Counted from the first letter of the stretch, positions 10,155 to 19,991 are shown. The stretch is DNA of 64,000 nucleotides from Prolixibacteraceae bacterium (GCA_039679975.1 JBDKTZ010000135.1:9394-73393), one strand, 5' to 3'. The notes: generated from the letters alone by a model not told the origin. Program-made: numbers and translations.

Positions 10155-10844
10155 TCAGAGTATTCCCTCATCTGCAAAACTGAGGTATCGATCCTGGGCA
10201 ATGATCACATGATCAATTACAATGATATCCATCAAAGCCGCAGCGTCCTTTATTTTTCTTGTAATCTTGTGGTCGGCCTCGCTGGCCTGCGCATTCCCGG
10301 AAGGATGATTATGACAAAGAATCAGGGCGCTCGCAAGTTTCTCAACAGCGATTTTTAAAATAAGCCGGACATCGGTCACCGTACCAGCTAATCCTCCCTG
10401 GCTGACCATCATCTTATCGATCACGGTGTTTGAGCGATTCAGCAATAAAACCCAGAATTCCTCGTGATTCAGATCTTCCAATAAAGGGCGGAAATAATCC
10501 GCCGCGTCTCTGCTTTGACTAATGATCACCTTATCGGCAGCAGATTGTTCTTTCCGTCTGCGTCCAAGCTCCAGTGCGGCTATAATATGAACGGCCTTGG
10601 CTTTACCGATCCCTTTAAATTTAATCAGATCAGCTACCTCATTTTTACCCAGTTCATGCAGATTATTATTGACCGATGCAAGAATGCGACGGGAAAGTTC
10701 AACGGCCGATTCAGAAATATTTCCCGAACCGATCAAAATGGCAAGTAATTCCACATCAGAAAGGGAACGGGTTCCCTTCAACAACAATTTTTCGCGCGGC
10801 CGATCCTCTACCGCCCAATTTTTGATACTTAGTTTTTTATACAT
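10155..10844 (-). CDS. radC: RadC-family JAB/MPN domain protein
   Basis: N-terminal HhH region and C-terminal JAMM motif HNHPSG...S..D. 229 aa. Confidence 0.85.
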   Translation of the reverse strand: MYKKLSIKNWAVEDRPREKLLLKGTRSLSDVELLAILIGSGNISESAVELSRRILASVNNNLHELGKNEVADLIKFKGIGKAKAVHIIAALELGRRRKEQSAADKVIISQSRDAADYFRPLLEDLNHEEFWVLLLNRSNTVIDKMMVSQGGLAGTVTDVRLILKIAVEKLASALILCHNHPSGNAQASEADHKITRKIKDAAALMDIIVIDHVIIAQDRYLSFADEGIL

Positions 10845-10940
10845 TCAGTTTTAGCAGATGTTTGGTTTTTCACACAAAAAGACCAAAAAATCCTCTCCTA
10901 AACTGCACAAGACCTCTAAGTTACGAAAAAAAATGGATTG

Positions 10941-10977
10941 AAAAAAATAAAAAAAGCCCCCTCAAATGAAGGAGCTC
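10941..10977 (-). terminator. putative intrinsic terminator downstream of rpsT
   Basis: On the minus strand, GCTCC...GGGGC hairpin followed by TTTTTATTTTTTT. Confidence 0.5.
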
Positions 10978-11011
10978 ATCAGTATCGTAAGGATAAACCA
11001 ATTATCGTTTC

Positions 11012-11263
11012 CTATAACTTCCCAACGTGAAGTTCAATGCTTGATTTCAGGTTTGCAGCCTTATTTTTGTGAATGACATTTTTCTTTGCCAGTTTGTCAA
11101 TCATCGATGTAATCCGAGGCAATGCTGCAACAGCCTCTTCTTTATTGGTCGTAGCACGCAAATCCCTGACAGCATTACGCATCGTTTTTGCATAATATTT
11201 ATTGTCAATCCGTTTGCTTTCGTCTTGTCTTATTCTCTTTTTTGAAGATTGATGATTTGCCAT
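11012..11263 (-). CDS. rpsT: 30S ribosomal protein S20
   Basis: [10 protein letters not shown]... basic 83-aa protein with the typical S20 N-terminus. Confidence 0.9.
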   Translation of the reverse strand: MANHQSSKKRIRQDESKRIDNKYYAKTMRNAVRDLRATTNKEEAVAALPRITSMIDKLAKKNVIHKNKAANLKSSIELHVGKL

Positions 11264-11291
11264 TTTTTTATTCCCTCTAATATTTTTAAAG

Positions 11292-11363
11292 TAGCCCGTA
11301 GGGGATTCGAACCCCTGCTACAAGAATGAAAATCTTGCGTCCTAACCCCTAGACGAACGGGCC
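11292..11363 (-). tRNA. tRNA-Glu (anticodon UUC)
   Basis: Hand-folded cloverleaf. Acceptor stem GGCCCGT/ACGGGCT, anticodon stem CAAGA/TCTTG with loop TTTTCAT, T-arm AGGGG-TTCGAAT-CCCCT. 72 nt, CCA not encoded. Confidence 0.9.
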
Positions 11364-11595
11364 ATCATTTCTTTCCCTGAATTTGGGACTGCAAAAATAA
11401 ATCATTTTTTGAAGCCGCCAAACCTTTTCAGGTTTTTTTTAAAATTTGAGTTCAGGCTGTTCAACTGATCATCGAATCTTGCTCAAACCCATTTTTTAAT
11501 TCTGCTCTCCATACGAGTATATCCCATGGTCCGCTTTTTTTCGGCGATGCAAAGGAATGGAAGATTTTTGAAATTCCAAAAAAAAATAAAAAAAT

Positions 11596-12537
11596 TTATC
11601 GCCATTCGACAACGGTTCCCCTGTTTTTATCCATTAATTTCTGAGGCATGGAAGCCACGATCTCCCTCCAAAGCAGTTCGATCAGTTTATTCTTGGCAAA
11701 GTGTCTGGAATGGACCAGGCTTACTTCCCGAAGAGGTGTCATATCACTAAAGGAACGTACATGACTGGACCGGTACGACGACATTCCCAACCCGGCCAGT
11801 TCGGGAATCAGGGTTAACCCGCCTTCTTTGTCAATGATGTTCATGAGGGTTTCCAATGAACCTGCCTCAAAATGAAACGGCAGTTCTTCGGTCGATGACC
11901 CCTTAAACGAGCAGAGATTAATTACCTGATGACGAAAACAATGGCCATCGCTCAGCAGCCAGATTTCCGGAACTGCAATATCCTTGACATGAATTTCAGA
12001 TTTGGCTGCCAACGTATGCTTCTCATGAATATAAAGCATCATCTCCTCATAAAAAATCGGCCTCTCCGTAATCCGGTCTTCTTTTAAAGGAGTCACCAAT
12101 ATCCCTACATCCAAAAGATCCCGATTCAGCTGATCAATTATATTATCGGTTGTGAGTTCTTCAACCGTAATCAGGATATTCGGGTATTTCCGTTTATAGT
12201 TCCCGATAAAAAGAGGAAGCAAATAAGGAGCAAGCGTGGGGATGATCCCTATTTTTAGTTCTCCGGATATCAGATTTTTGTGATCCTTAACAATACCATT
12301 GATCTTTTCTGCATCCTGTAAAACGATTCGTGACTGTTCAATAATACGTTCTCCTACATCGGTGGGGATTAATGGCTGTTTGCTCCGATCAAATATAACG
12401 ACTTCCAGATCTTCTTCAAGTTTTTTGATCTGCATGCTCAACGTAGGTTGAGTGATGAAGCAATGCTCGGCAGCTTTTCCAAAATGCCTGAAAGTATCAA
12501 CGGCAACAATATATTCCAGTTGAGTTAGTGTGATCAT
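11596..12537 (-). CDS. oxyR: LysR-family peroxide-sensing regulator OxyR
   Basis: N-terminal LysR HTH. LLSDGHCFRHQVINLC carries two Cys nine residues apart (C200/C209), aligning with E. coli OxyR C199/C208. Confidence 0.8.
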   Translation of the reverse strand: MITLTQLEYIVAVDTFRHFGKAAEHCFITQPTLSMQIKKLEEDLEVVIFDRSKQPLIPTDVGERIIEQSRIVLQDAEKINGIVKDHKNLISGELKIGIIPTLAPYLLPLFIGNYKRKYPNILITVEELTTDNIIDQLNRDLLDVGILVTPLKEDRITERPIFYEEMMLYIHEKHTLAAKSEIHVKDIAVPEIWLLSDGHCFRHQVINLCSFKGSSTEELPFHFEAGSLETLMNIIDKEGGLTLIPELAGLGMSSYRSSHVRSFSDMTPLREVSLVHSRHFAKNKLIELLWREIVASMPQKLMDKNRGTVVEWR

Positions 12538-12593
12538 GATTTTTTATTTAGTTCCGATAAAAATAGAAAAAATCTATCTTCCATTGAAGTACT

Positions 12594-13145
12594 TTATGAA
12601 AATAGTTGCTTTCGCAGCCATTCAAATAAACTAACTGCCAAAGCATGTGAAATATTCATTGATTTGCAGGCTCCGGTCATAGGAATATGAACCACTTGCT
12701 CACACTTTTCCAGGATCGATACAGGCAATCCATGGATTTCACTCCCCATAAGAAATATAACTTTCTGCGGAAGTTCTGTTTGAAAAATATTCTCCGAACC
12801 GGTTGAAGTCTCAACAGCGCAGACAGAATAGCCTTCCGGAAGATGCTGAAAAAACCAATCGCCTGAAACCCGATGTACCCGAACATGATCATAACTCAAG
12901 CCGGCGGTTTTTCTGATCTGGGATTCCCGTTTTCGATTTTCGTCATCGAGCAAAAACAGTTCTGTTCCACCGGCATTATCCAATACCCGGATTAAACTGC
13001 CAATGTTTTCCGGGTTTTTCATGTTCCAGGCAGCGACAATAGGTTTTGACGGAAGATCAGGATATGTTTCCGAACGAAAAAAAATGACTGAATTTGTTTC
13101 CACCGTGATAATTATTAATTTTCTTTGAAGTACAAAATTAAACAA
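12594..13145 (-). CDS. TrmH/SpoU-family RNA 2'-O-methyltransferase
   Basis: NPENIGSLIRV, GSEIHGL and ISHALAV motifs. The start is uncertain: TTG at 13145, with an alternative GTG at 13103. Confidence 0.7.
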   Translation of the reverse strand: MFNFVLQRKLIIITVETNSVIFFRSETYPDLPSKPIVAAWNMKNPENIGSLIRVLDNAGGTELFLLDDENRKRESQIRKTAGLSYDHVRVHRVSGDWFFQHLPEGYSVCAVETSTGSENIFQTELPQKVIFLMGSEIHGLPVSILEKCEQVVHIPMTGACKSMNISHALAVSLFEWLRKQLFS

Positions 13146-13197
13146 AAGGCATTCGACTTTAAATACTGGATTTAAGATAACGCTAAAGACATTTAAT

Positions 13198-13983
13198 ATG
13201 AGACTGATGAGGATTTTTTTGATAGTGGCAGTATGCCTGCAATTGATTTCCTGTGGTCAATCGGAAAAGGAACTTGCAGCAGGGAAGCTGAAGCTGGCAG
13301 AATCATTCTATCAAAAGGGAGACACAGCCCGGGCACTTGCAGTTGTTGATTCTATCGCTCTTTTGTACCGGACATCAACGCAGGAAATCAGCGCTGCAGA
13401 ACAGTTCAAAAAGAAAGTGTATGGAGATCTGCTGTACCGGAAACAAGATGAACTGGACACGCTGAAAAAGACGATCGCCGCCCTTGAGAAAAACTTCAAC
13501 ATTGAAAAAACGGAAATGGACAGGTATGCCCGGTATGTTCATAAAAAGCAGGACCCTGAGCGCCGCTGGAACAAATCGTATATACAGGTTCATCTCGACG
13601 GAAAGGGAGAACTGGGCATCTCCAGTAACTATTATGGCGATACCTGGCTCGATCATACCGGGATCAGGGTATATGACGGCGACCTCCAGGCGAAAACAGA
13701 TACTGTTGGCTTAGAAAATGTACTCAATCACCACAGCGATTTTCTGAATACCAAATGGGAAAAAATAACCTATATCAGGGGCGGCGGTAAAGACGTCATC
13801 GATTTCATCGCACAGCATGCCGATCGTAAACTAAAAGCCGTATTCCTCGGAAAAAGATACTATTACATTATTCTTGAAGAGTACGACAAACAGGCGGTTA
13901 TTGATGCGTTGAATCTTTCACGGGCGCTTAAACGAAAAGGCATTCTGGAAAAAGAGGTTCAGAAACTGCGGTCCAAATCCTGA
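13198..13983 (+). CDS. hypothetical lipoprotein
   Basis: Signal peptide plus lipobox (LQLISC). 261 aa. No recognisable domain. Confidence 0.55.
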   Translation: MRLMRIFLIVAVCLQLISCGQSEKELAAGKLKLAESFYQKGDTARALAVVDSIALLYRTSTQEISAAEQFKKKVYGDLLYRKQDELDTLKKTIAALEKNFNIEKTEMDRYARYVHKKQDPERRWNKSYIQVHLDGKGELGISSNYYGDTWLDHTGIRVYDGDLQAKTDTVGLENVLNHHSDFLNTKWEKITYIRGGGKDVIDFIAQHADRKLKAVFLGKRYYYIILEEYDKQAVIDALNLSRALKRKGILEKEVQKLRSKS

Positions 13984-13988
13984 ACCAA

Positions 13989-16391
13989 CTACCTTATCTT
14001 TTCTATTTTTTCAGGCGGCTGAGCCAATATCGCTTCTTTCCCGTTAATCACGATCGGCCTTTTTAACAGGCGCGGGTTTTCTGAGAGGATAGCGATCCAT
14101 TGGTCCTGACTCAACTTCTGCCCCTTGTACCGTTCTTTATAAAGCGAATCATTTGTCCTGACCAGATCAAAAGCTGAAAAGCCTGATTTTTCCAGGATCA
14201 TCCTGATTTCCTCTTCGGTAATTCCATCTTTCATGTAGTTTCTGACCTCAACATGATATCCGTTTTCTTCAAGATACTGCAATCCGGCCCTGCTTTGGGT
14301 ACAGCGTGGGTTATGATAGATCTCCATGACAATCTGATGTTTTTCACGAATAAACCGGTAGTAATCTTCCTGCGCGCGAAAACGGCCTTCCGCTTCCTGC
14401 CTGTGATAGGTATTCGAAAGCTCGTTGTCCAGAATACGTGACTTGGTATTATCTTTCAACTGCACCTTGAGCATTTCTTTCAGTTCCTTTTTGATCTCTT
14501 CGCTGTAAACCGGACAAGCCACTTCGATCCTTCGGTTGAGGTTTCGCGGCATCCAGTCGGCCGAAGAAATGAATAACTTTTCATCCCCCCCGTTTCCAAA
14601 AAGGAAAATACGCGCATGTTCCAGGTATTTGTCGACAATGCTGATCGCTTCGATATTCTCTGCTATTTCTTTGCGTTCGGTGAGCATCCCGAAAATGCCG
14701 CGTACAATCAATTTAACTTTTACCCCTGCCCGGGCAGCTTCATAAATTTTGTCCATCATACCGGGGTCAATCAGGCTGTTCATTTTTAATACCATGTAAC
14801 CCCGCCGCCCTGCCTGAGTCTTTTCGATCTCTTTGTCAATCATCCCATAGAAAAAATTCCTCATTTCCATCGGGCTCAAAATAAGATGCTTAAACGACGG
14901 TATATGATAGGGTTGTTTAAAGAAATCGAAAAGTAAGGCGACTTCATCTGCAATACGGGGATCAGCAGTAAGCAGACCGTCATCGGCATATATCCTGGCT
15001 GTCGATTCGTTAAAGTTACCTGTTCCCACATAGGCATAATTCCTCAGTATCCCCTTCTCCTTTCTCCTGATCCAGGTCACCTTCGCGTGAACTTTCATCC
15101 CGGGCAAGCCATTGATCACGAGTGCGCCTTCTTCCTGGAGTTTATTTGACCAGTATATGTTTGCCTCCTCATCGAAACGGGCCTGAAGCTCAATGACTAC
15201 GGTTACCTTTTTCCCGTTACGTATGGCATTTAGCAATGCATTGACTACCCGTGAATTATCGGCGACACGGTAAATGGTAATGCCTATTTCCTTCACTTTC
15301 GGATCGATTGCGGCTTCGCGCAAAAGGTCTATAAAATGAATAAAGCTTTGATAGGGATAGTGCAGCATGATATCTTTCTTGCGAAGTTTTTTCAGAATGC
15401 TTTCATGCGGATGTAAATCCCTGTGCCGAACGGGTGTCAGTCGTTTATAATAATGATGGGGTTCTCCGATTTCAGGGAAACTCATCAGGTCCTTGTCATT
15501 ATGATATCTTCCCCCGGGAACTGTATTTTCCTGATCCAGTTTCATTTTCCGGACAATAAACAATAACAGGTCATCAGGAATTTCCTTGTCATAAATCAAT
15601 CTGACAGGAGTGCCGATTTTTCTCTTTTTCAGACTCAGCTCCATTTTTTCAATAAAACTCTTCGAAATATCGTCGTCCAGATCAAGCTCTGCATCACGGG
15701 TTACCTTAATCGTATAGGCCTGGAACAATTCAAAATTGAACAGTGAAAAGATATCCGTCATGCAATACCTGATGATATCATCAAGCATGATGACGAACTT
15801 CTTACCTTTTTGTTCGGGCAATACCAGGTAACGGGACAACGACAAAGAAGGAACCCTGACCAACGCATAGGCGAACTTCTCAGGCTTTTTCCTTTTAGAC
15901 ATTTTAATGGCCAGATAAACTGAGCGGTCGCGCAAATAGGGGAATTTATTCTTTTTACTCAGCATGATAGGCACCAGGTTCGGTAAAACCTTTTCATGGA
16001 AATACCGTTTCACAAAAATTCCCTGTTCGCTCGAAAGCCTGTTCTCATTGATCATGAAAATATTCTGTTCGGCCATTTCCTGCAGGATCTTTTTATAGAT
16101 ATCCTGAGAACGTTGCTGATGATGCAGTACAATTTCCTGAATTTTATCATAAAGTTCGTCAGGAGTATAATCGCCGAGGATATTATCAGACTCGTCACTT
16201 TCAAAGTCAAGCATCCGCCGTACCGAAGCAACCCTTACTCTGAAAAATTCATCGAGGTTATTTGAAAAGATCCCAATGAAACGCAACCGTTCAAACAGGG
16301 GTACGTTAGGATCCTCCGCTTCCTGCAGAACTCTGGCATTAAACGAAAGCCAGCTGATCTCCCGGTTAATATACTTAGACTTTTTCCCCAT
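13989..16391 (-). CDS. ppk1: polyphosphate kinase 1 fused in frame to a C-terminal ArsC/Spx-family domain
   Basis: MGKKSKYINREISWLSFNARVLQEA matches the PPK1 N-terminus (ATG at 16391). PLD-like C domains are present (KVHAKV..., HARIFLF). The frame continues without a stop from ...RFIREKHQIV into MEIYHNPRCTQSR (ArsC motif). The ArsC part is 13989-14327. Confidence 0.85.
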   Translation of the reverse strand: MGKKSKYINREISWLSFNARVLQEAEDPNVPLFERLRFIGIFSNNLDEFFRVRVASVRRMLDFESDESDNILGDYTPDELYDKIQEIVLHHQQRSQDIYKKILQEMAEQNIFMINENRLSSEQGIFVKRYFHEKVLPNLVPIMLSKKNKFPYLRDRSVYLAIKMSKRKKPEKFAYALVRVPSLSLSRYLVLPEQKGKKFVIMLDDIIRYCMTDIFSLFNFELFQAYTIKVTRDAELDLDDDISKSFIEKMELSLKKRKIGTPVRLIYDKEIPDDLLLFIVRKMKLDQENTVPGGRYHNDKDLMSFPEIGEPHHYYKRLTPVRHRDLHPHESILKKLRKKDIMLHYPYQSFIHFIDLLREAAIDPKVKEIGITIYRVADNSRVVNALLNAIRNGKKVTVVIELQARFDEEANIYWSNKLQEEGALVINGLPGMKVHAKVTWIRRKEKGILRNYAYVGTGNFNESTARIYADDGLLTADPRIADEVALLFDFFKQPYHIPSFKHLILSPMEMRNFFYGMIDKEIEKTQAGRRGYMVLKMNSLIDPGMMDKIYEAARAGVKVKLIVRGIFGMLTERKEIAENIEAISIVDKYLEHARIFLFGNGGDEKLFISSADWMPRNLNRRIEVACPVYSEEIKKELKEMLKVQLKDNTKSRILDNELSNTYHRQEAEGRFRAQEDYYRFIREKHQIVMEIYHNPRCTQSRAGLQYLEENGYHVEVRNYMKDGITEEEIRMILEKSGFSAFDLVRTNDSLYKERYKGQKLSQDQWIAILSENPRLLKRPIVINGKEAILAQPPEKIEKIR

Positions 16392-16401
16392 GGCGGGTTT
16401 A

Positions 16402-17500
16402 TTACTGTTTCTCTTCTCCTCCAAACTCCATCAGGTAAGCTTTAATGAATCCGTCAATCTCACCGTCAAGCACCGCCTGTACATTTCCCGTTTCATAGCC
16501 CGTCCTCACATCCTTAACCATCCGGTATGGCTGAAGCACGTACGAACGGATCTGGGAACCCCATTCAATCTTTTTCTTTTGTGATTCAATTTGCTGCACG
16601 GCTTCCCTGCGTTTACGCAATTCGAGTTCATACAACTGCGACTTCAGCAGTCGCAAGGCATTCTCTTTATTACCGAGTTGCGACCGGCTTTCGGTATTCT
16701 CAATGGTGATGCCTGTAGGGGCATGTTTGAGGCGAACACCTGTCTCCACTTTATTGACATTCTGCCCTCCGGCACCGCCCGAACGGAATGTGTCCCAGCT
16801 GATGTCTGCAGGGTTGATTTCAATTTCAATCGTATCGTCAACCAAAGGGGCCACAAATACGGAAGTAAAAGAAGTCATCCGTTTATTTTGCGCATTGAAA
16901 GGAGATAAGCGAACCAGACGGTGTACCCCGTTTTCGCTCTTCAGGTACCCATAGGCAAACTCGCCTTCAAATTCGATCGTGCAGCTCTTCACTCCCACCT
17001 CATCGCCAGGATTAAACTCCGACACCTTGATCTGGTAACCGTTCTTTTCGCCCCAGCGCATGTACATCCTCATCAGCATGTCGGCCCAATCATTGCTCTC
17101 GGTACCTCCGGCACCCGCATTGATTTTCAAGACCGCACCCAATTTGTCTTCCTCCTGCCGAAGCATATTTTTAGCTTCGAGCTGTTCGATCAGCGCCAGT
17201 GTTTGATTGAAATGATCTGTTATTTCCTGGTCAGAAGCTTCCTCCGCTTCGTAAAAATCATACAAAACAACTAGGTCTTCCAGGCTCCGGTTGATTTCTT
17301 CCCACCCACTGGTCCACGCCTTCACGGAACGGATCTTCTTCATCTGATCTTCAGCGTCCTTGGGATGAGTCCAAAAATCCGGATCCTGTGCTTTTAATTC
17401 CTCTTCCTTTAACTGTATTAATTTGGCATCGTAGTCAAAGATGCCTCCTCAGCGCATCCCGGCGCTCAGCAAGCTCTTTAAGCTGCTCCTTTAAAATCAT
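16402..17500 (-). CDS. prfB: peptide chain release factor 2, programmed +1 frameshift (join 17500..17438, 17436..16402)
   Basis: The 21-codon frame-0 leader [21 protein letters not shown] ends at CTT TGA C. The +1 frame continues DYDAKLIQL... into the listed 313-aa ORF with SPF and GGQ ([16 protein letters not shown]) motifs. Total 365 aa. Confidence 0.92.
17434..17449 (-). promoter_or_regulatory. RF2 autoregulatory +1 frameshift site with internal SD-like element
   Basis: On the minus strand, AGGAGG (17449-17444), a 3-nt spacer, then CTTTGAC (17440-17434). Confidence 0.9.
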
Positions 17501-17575
17501 AATTCTTTATTTTTTAGTTTAAAAGCAAAAGTAGGAAAACAAAGGCGATAATTCAACCGCCCGCTTCTATAATGA

Positions 17576-17600
17576 TATAAAAAGAGCGGGGTAGTCCGCT
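17576..17600 (-). terminator. intrinsic terminator downstream of lipoprotein gene
   Basis: On the minus strand, AGCGG-loop-CCGCT followed by CTTTTTATA. Confidence 0.6.
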
Positions 17601-17625
17601 TTTATGATTAGCAGATCAGGTTGCA

Positions 17626-18342
17626 TCAGTTCGCTCCGCCCCAAACTACAGTTGCGGTTGCAATCGATTTTGCCTGGACGTTCATGCTGACGGCAACAGA
17701 TTCATACATAAAAGCGCTGACAATAACTGTATAGGTCACGCCATCATCGGGCGCATCATACCAGATAGTTGTATTTTCCGCAATTTCGTGACTGACCTTG
17801 GATCCTGCAAGGTTCGTGCTGATATAAACAAGCTTGCCGGCCGGATCTTTCAGGGAAACGACAATATAATCGGCATCTTTCACCACATCCCACTCTATTT
17901 TGATCCTTGAATTGGTCACGTCATATTCGCACCCGGTGATCTTAGCCGGGAACAGCACACCATCAGTAAGCTTATCCACATCGGTATCTTCTTCGGCTGT
18001 AATGAATTTAAAAGAGAAACTGTAATTTCCCTGATCTGGAAGGGCCGCTGTAAATTCGTCTTCTGCGGTTTCATAATAATAATCGTACGTACTCCCATTA
18101 TAAGAAGCAAGATCAGTTACCACGTTTGCCGGGGAAGTTGCGGTTACTTTCGAAAAGTCCTTGTTTCCAAACGCGTGAAGCGCCAGACCATATAAAGTAT
18201 CGGCCTCTGTTCCTGCCCCGATTATTTTCGAAATAATGAAGGCATCACCGTTTGCATCAGCAACAAAGTCGTCTTCTGCACATGAAATGGCGAGATTGGC
18301 CATGGCTAATGCAATCATTAAATTTGCTATCGTCTTTCTCAT
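17626..18342 (-). CDS. hypothetical lipoprotein (paralog A)
   Basis: Lipobox LAISC. 238 aa. The C-terminal half resembles an Ig/FN3-like beta-sandwich. Clear paralogy to the next gene. Confidence 0.6.
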   Translation of the reverse strand: MRKTIANLMIALAMANLAISCAEDDFVADANGDAFIISKIIGAGTEADTLYGLALHAFGNKDFSKVTATSPANVVTDLASYNGSTYDYYYETAEDEFTAALPDQGNYSFSFKFITAEEDTDVDKLTDGVLFPAKITGCEYDVTNSRIKIEWDVVKDADYIVVSLKDPAGKLVYISTNLAGSKVSHEIAENTTIWYDAPDDGVTYTVIVSAFMYESVAVSMNVQAKSIATATVVWGGAN

Positions 18343-18383
18343 TTGTGTTGAATTAGTACTTCATTCCATCACTTGCCCTAATC

Positions 18384-18420
18384 GAAAAGAGCAGACTACA
18401 AAGATAATCTGCTCTTTTCA
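18384..18420 (-). terminator. intrinsic terminator between the lipoprotein paralogs
   Basis: AGAGCAGA (18388-18395) / TCTGCTCT (18408-18415) stem with flanking A and T runs. Confidence 0.7.
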
Positions 18421-18441
18421 ATATCTGAGAAAACTGAAGGT

Positions 18442-19166
18442 TTATTCCACGCCCCACACAACAGTGGCGGTACCGGTAGAAACCGCCTGCAGTCCGCCTG
18501 AACTGTCGGCCAGCAAGGCTATGACTTCAACGATATAAGAAGTTCCGTTAGTCATTGTATAGCCAGACTTCCAGCTTCCCGAGCTTTGCGAGATCGTATA
18601 GTCTGTGTCATCGCCTTGAAGGTATCCTGAATTATTGACCAGGTTGCTGAATATGACGTCTCCGTCCGTTTCTGTAAGCCTGATATAGATCGCCTGAGCG
18701 TCATCCACTTCTTCCCATTTCAGTTCGATCTTGTTACTGCCAAAATCGGCTTTTGTAATTTCTGCCGGGAGTAATTTTTTATCGCTCAATGCTTCCGCAG
18801 CCGAATAGCTTTCTCCTGTTGCAAAAGTAAATAAGAAGCTATAAGTGCCTTTTTCGGGCAGAGTAGATGCAAATTCGTCTTCATCTGTTTCCCAAGAGAA
18901 CGCGTAAGCATAATCAGGGTTCTTCTCCAGGTTATAATTTTTAGTACCCGCAGTCACTTTAATTGATGAAAGAGTACCGTAAACGGCCCAACCATCAATA
19001 TGCAATCCATAAACGACAGCTGGTTGCCCACCTTCCTCTCCTGCAGGGATCCTTTAGAAATGATGTAAGCGTCACCTCCTCCCTGCGGTTCAGGGTCATC
19101 GTCATTACAGGCAACAAAACCGGCAACAAAAACAAGCAACAATGCTTTTAATAAAGTCTTTCTCAT
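18442..19166 (-). pseudogene. lipoprotein paralog B, reading frame broken by a 1-nt deletion near 19051-19052
   Basis: The 70-aa ORF (signal peptide, lipobox FVAC, GDAYIISK) and the 187-aa ORF both align to paralog A. Frame B upstream of the 187-aa ORF reads IPAGEEGGQPAVVYGLH, aligning to IIGAGTEADTLYGLALH. Only two nt (GG) remain where a Gly codon is expected. Confidence 0.6.
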
Positions 19167-19379
19167 AGCTTTTCTGTTATTATAAATTAACTCTAAATAA
19201 TTGATAGATGCATACCGGCCAAAAAGGTTGCGGCATTTTAATAATTTTCAGGATCATTTTCCCTAACTTTCTATCGAACAGATCACGCAAAATCGCCTTT
19301 TTTCTTGTAAAGGAAAGAAATTAGCGTAAAAAACAAGCATATTTTAGGAAAAAATAAATAGCGGGGTTATAAAAAAGCA

Positions 19380-19387
19380 TATCTTTG
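19380..19387 (+). promoter_or_regulatory. Bacteroidota-type -7 promoter box (TATCTTTG) upstream of rpsP
   Basis: Exact match to TAnnTTTG, 44 nt upstream of the rpsP ATG. Confidence 0.45.
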
Positions 19388-19430
19388 CCGCACATTTTAA
19401 TGAAGCATTTATCAATTAAATTTTATTTCA

Positions 19431-19991
19431 ATGCCAGCAAAAATCAGGTTGCAGCGACATGGTCGCAAACGTTACGCTTACTATCACATTGTGATAGCTG
19501 ATAGCAGGGCACCACGAGATGGTCGTTACATTGAAAGGATTGGAAATTATAATCCAAATACTAATCCTGCTACGATCGATCTTGATTTTGACAAAGCTTT
19601 ATCCTGGCTTAACAAAGGTGCTCAACCCACAGACACAGTAAGGGCTATTTTATCGTACAAAGGCGTGTTGTACATGAAACATCTGCTCGGTGGCGTCGCG
19701 AAAGGTGCGTTCTCTGAAGAAGAAGCCGAACGCCGTTTTAAAGTATGGCTCACTGAAAAGGAATCACAAATTCAGAACAAAAAAGAGCGTTTAAACAAAG
19801 AATCGGAATCGGAAAAGAAAGCGCGTCTCCAGGCCGAGGCTAAGGTGAATGAAGAAAGAGCTGCTGCCCTGGCCAAAAAAGAAGCCGAACTCGCAGCTGC
19901 TGCAGCAGCAGAAAAAGCAGCGAAGGAAGCTCCTGCTGCCGAAACTCCTGCAGAGGAATCTCCTTCGAACGAAGAAAATGCTGCCGGGTAA
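19431..19991 (+). CDS. rpsP: 30S ribosomal protein S16 with long Ala/Glu/Lys-rich C-terminal tail
   Basis: [42 protein letters not shown] is the canonical S16 core. About 100 aa of low-complexity tail follow. Confidence 0.9.
   Translation: MPAKIRLQRHGRKRYAYYHIVIADSRAPRDGRYIERIGNYNPNTNPATIDLDFDKALSWLNKGAQPTDTVRAILSYKGVLYMKHLLGGVAKGAFSEEEAERRFKVWLTEKESQIQNKKERLNKESESEKKARLQAEAKVNEERAAALAKKEAELAAAAAAEKAAKEAPAAETPAEESPSNEENAAG

Noticed and set aside
19041-19056. Adjacent PstI/SbfI (CCTGCAGG) and BamHI (GGATCC) sites lie exactly at the frameshift in lipoprotein paralog B, which looks like a cloning-site scar.
   Set aside because: The PstI site encodes residues that align with paralog A (PAGE versus GAGT). 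The BamHI site is created by the inferred 1-nt deletion itself. No other vector-like sequence flanks it, so this is most simply coincidence.
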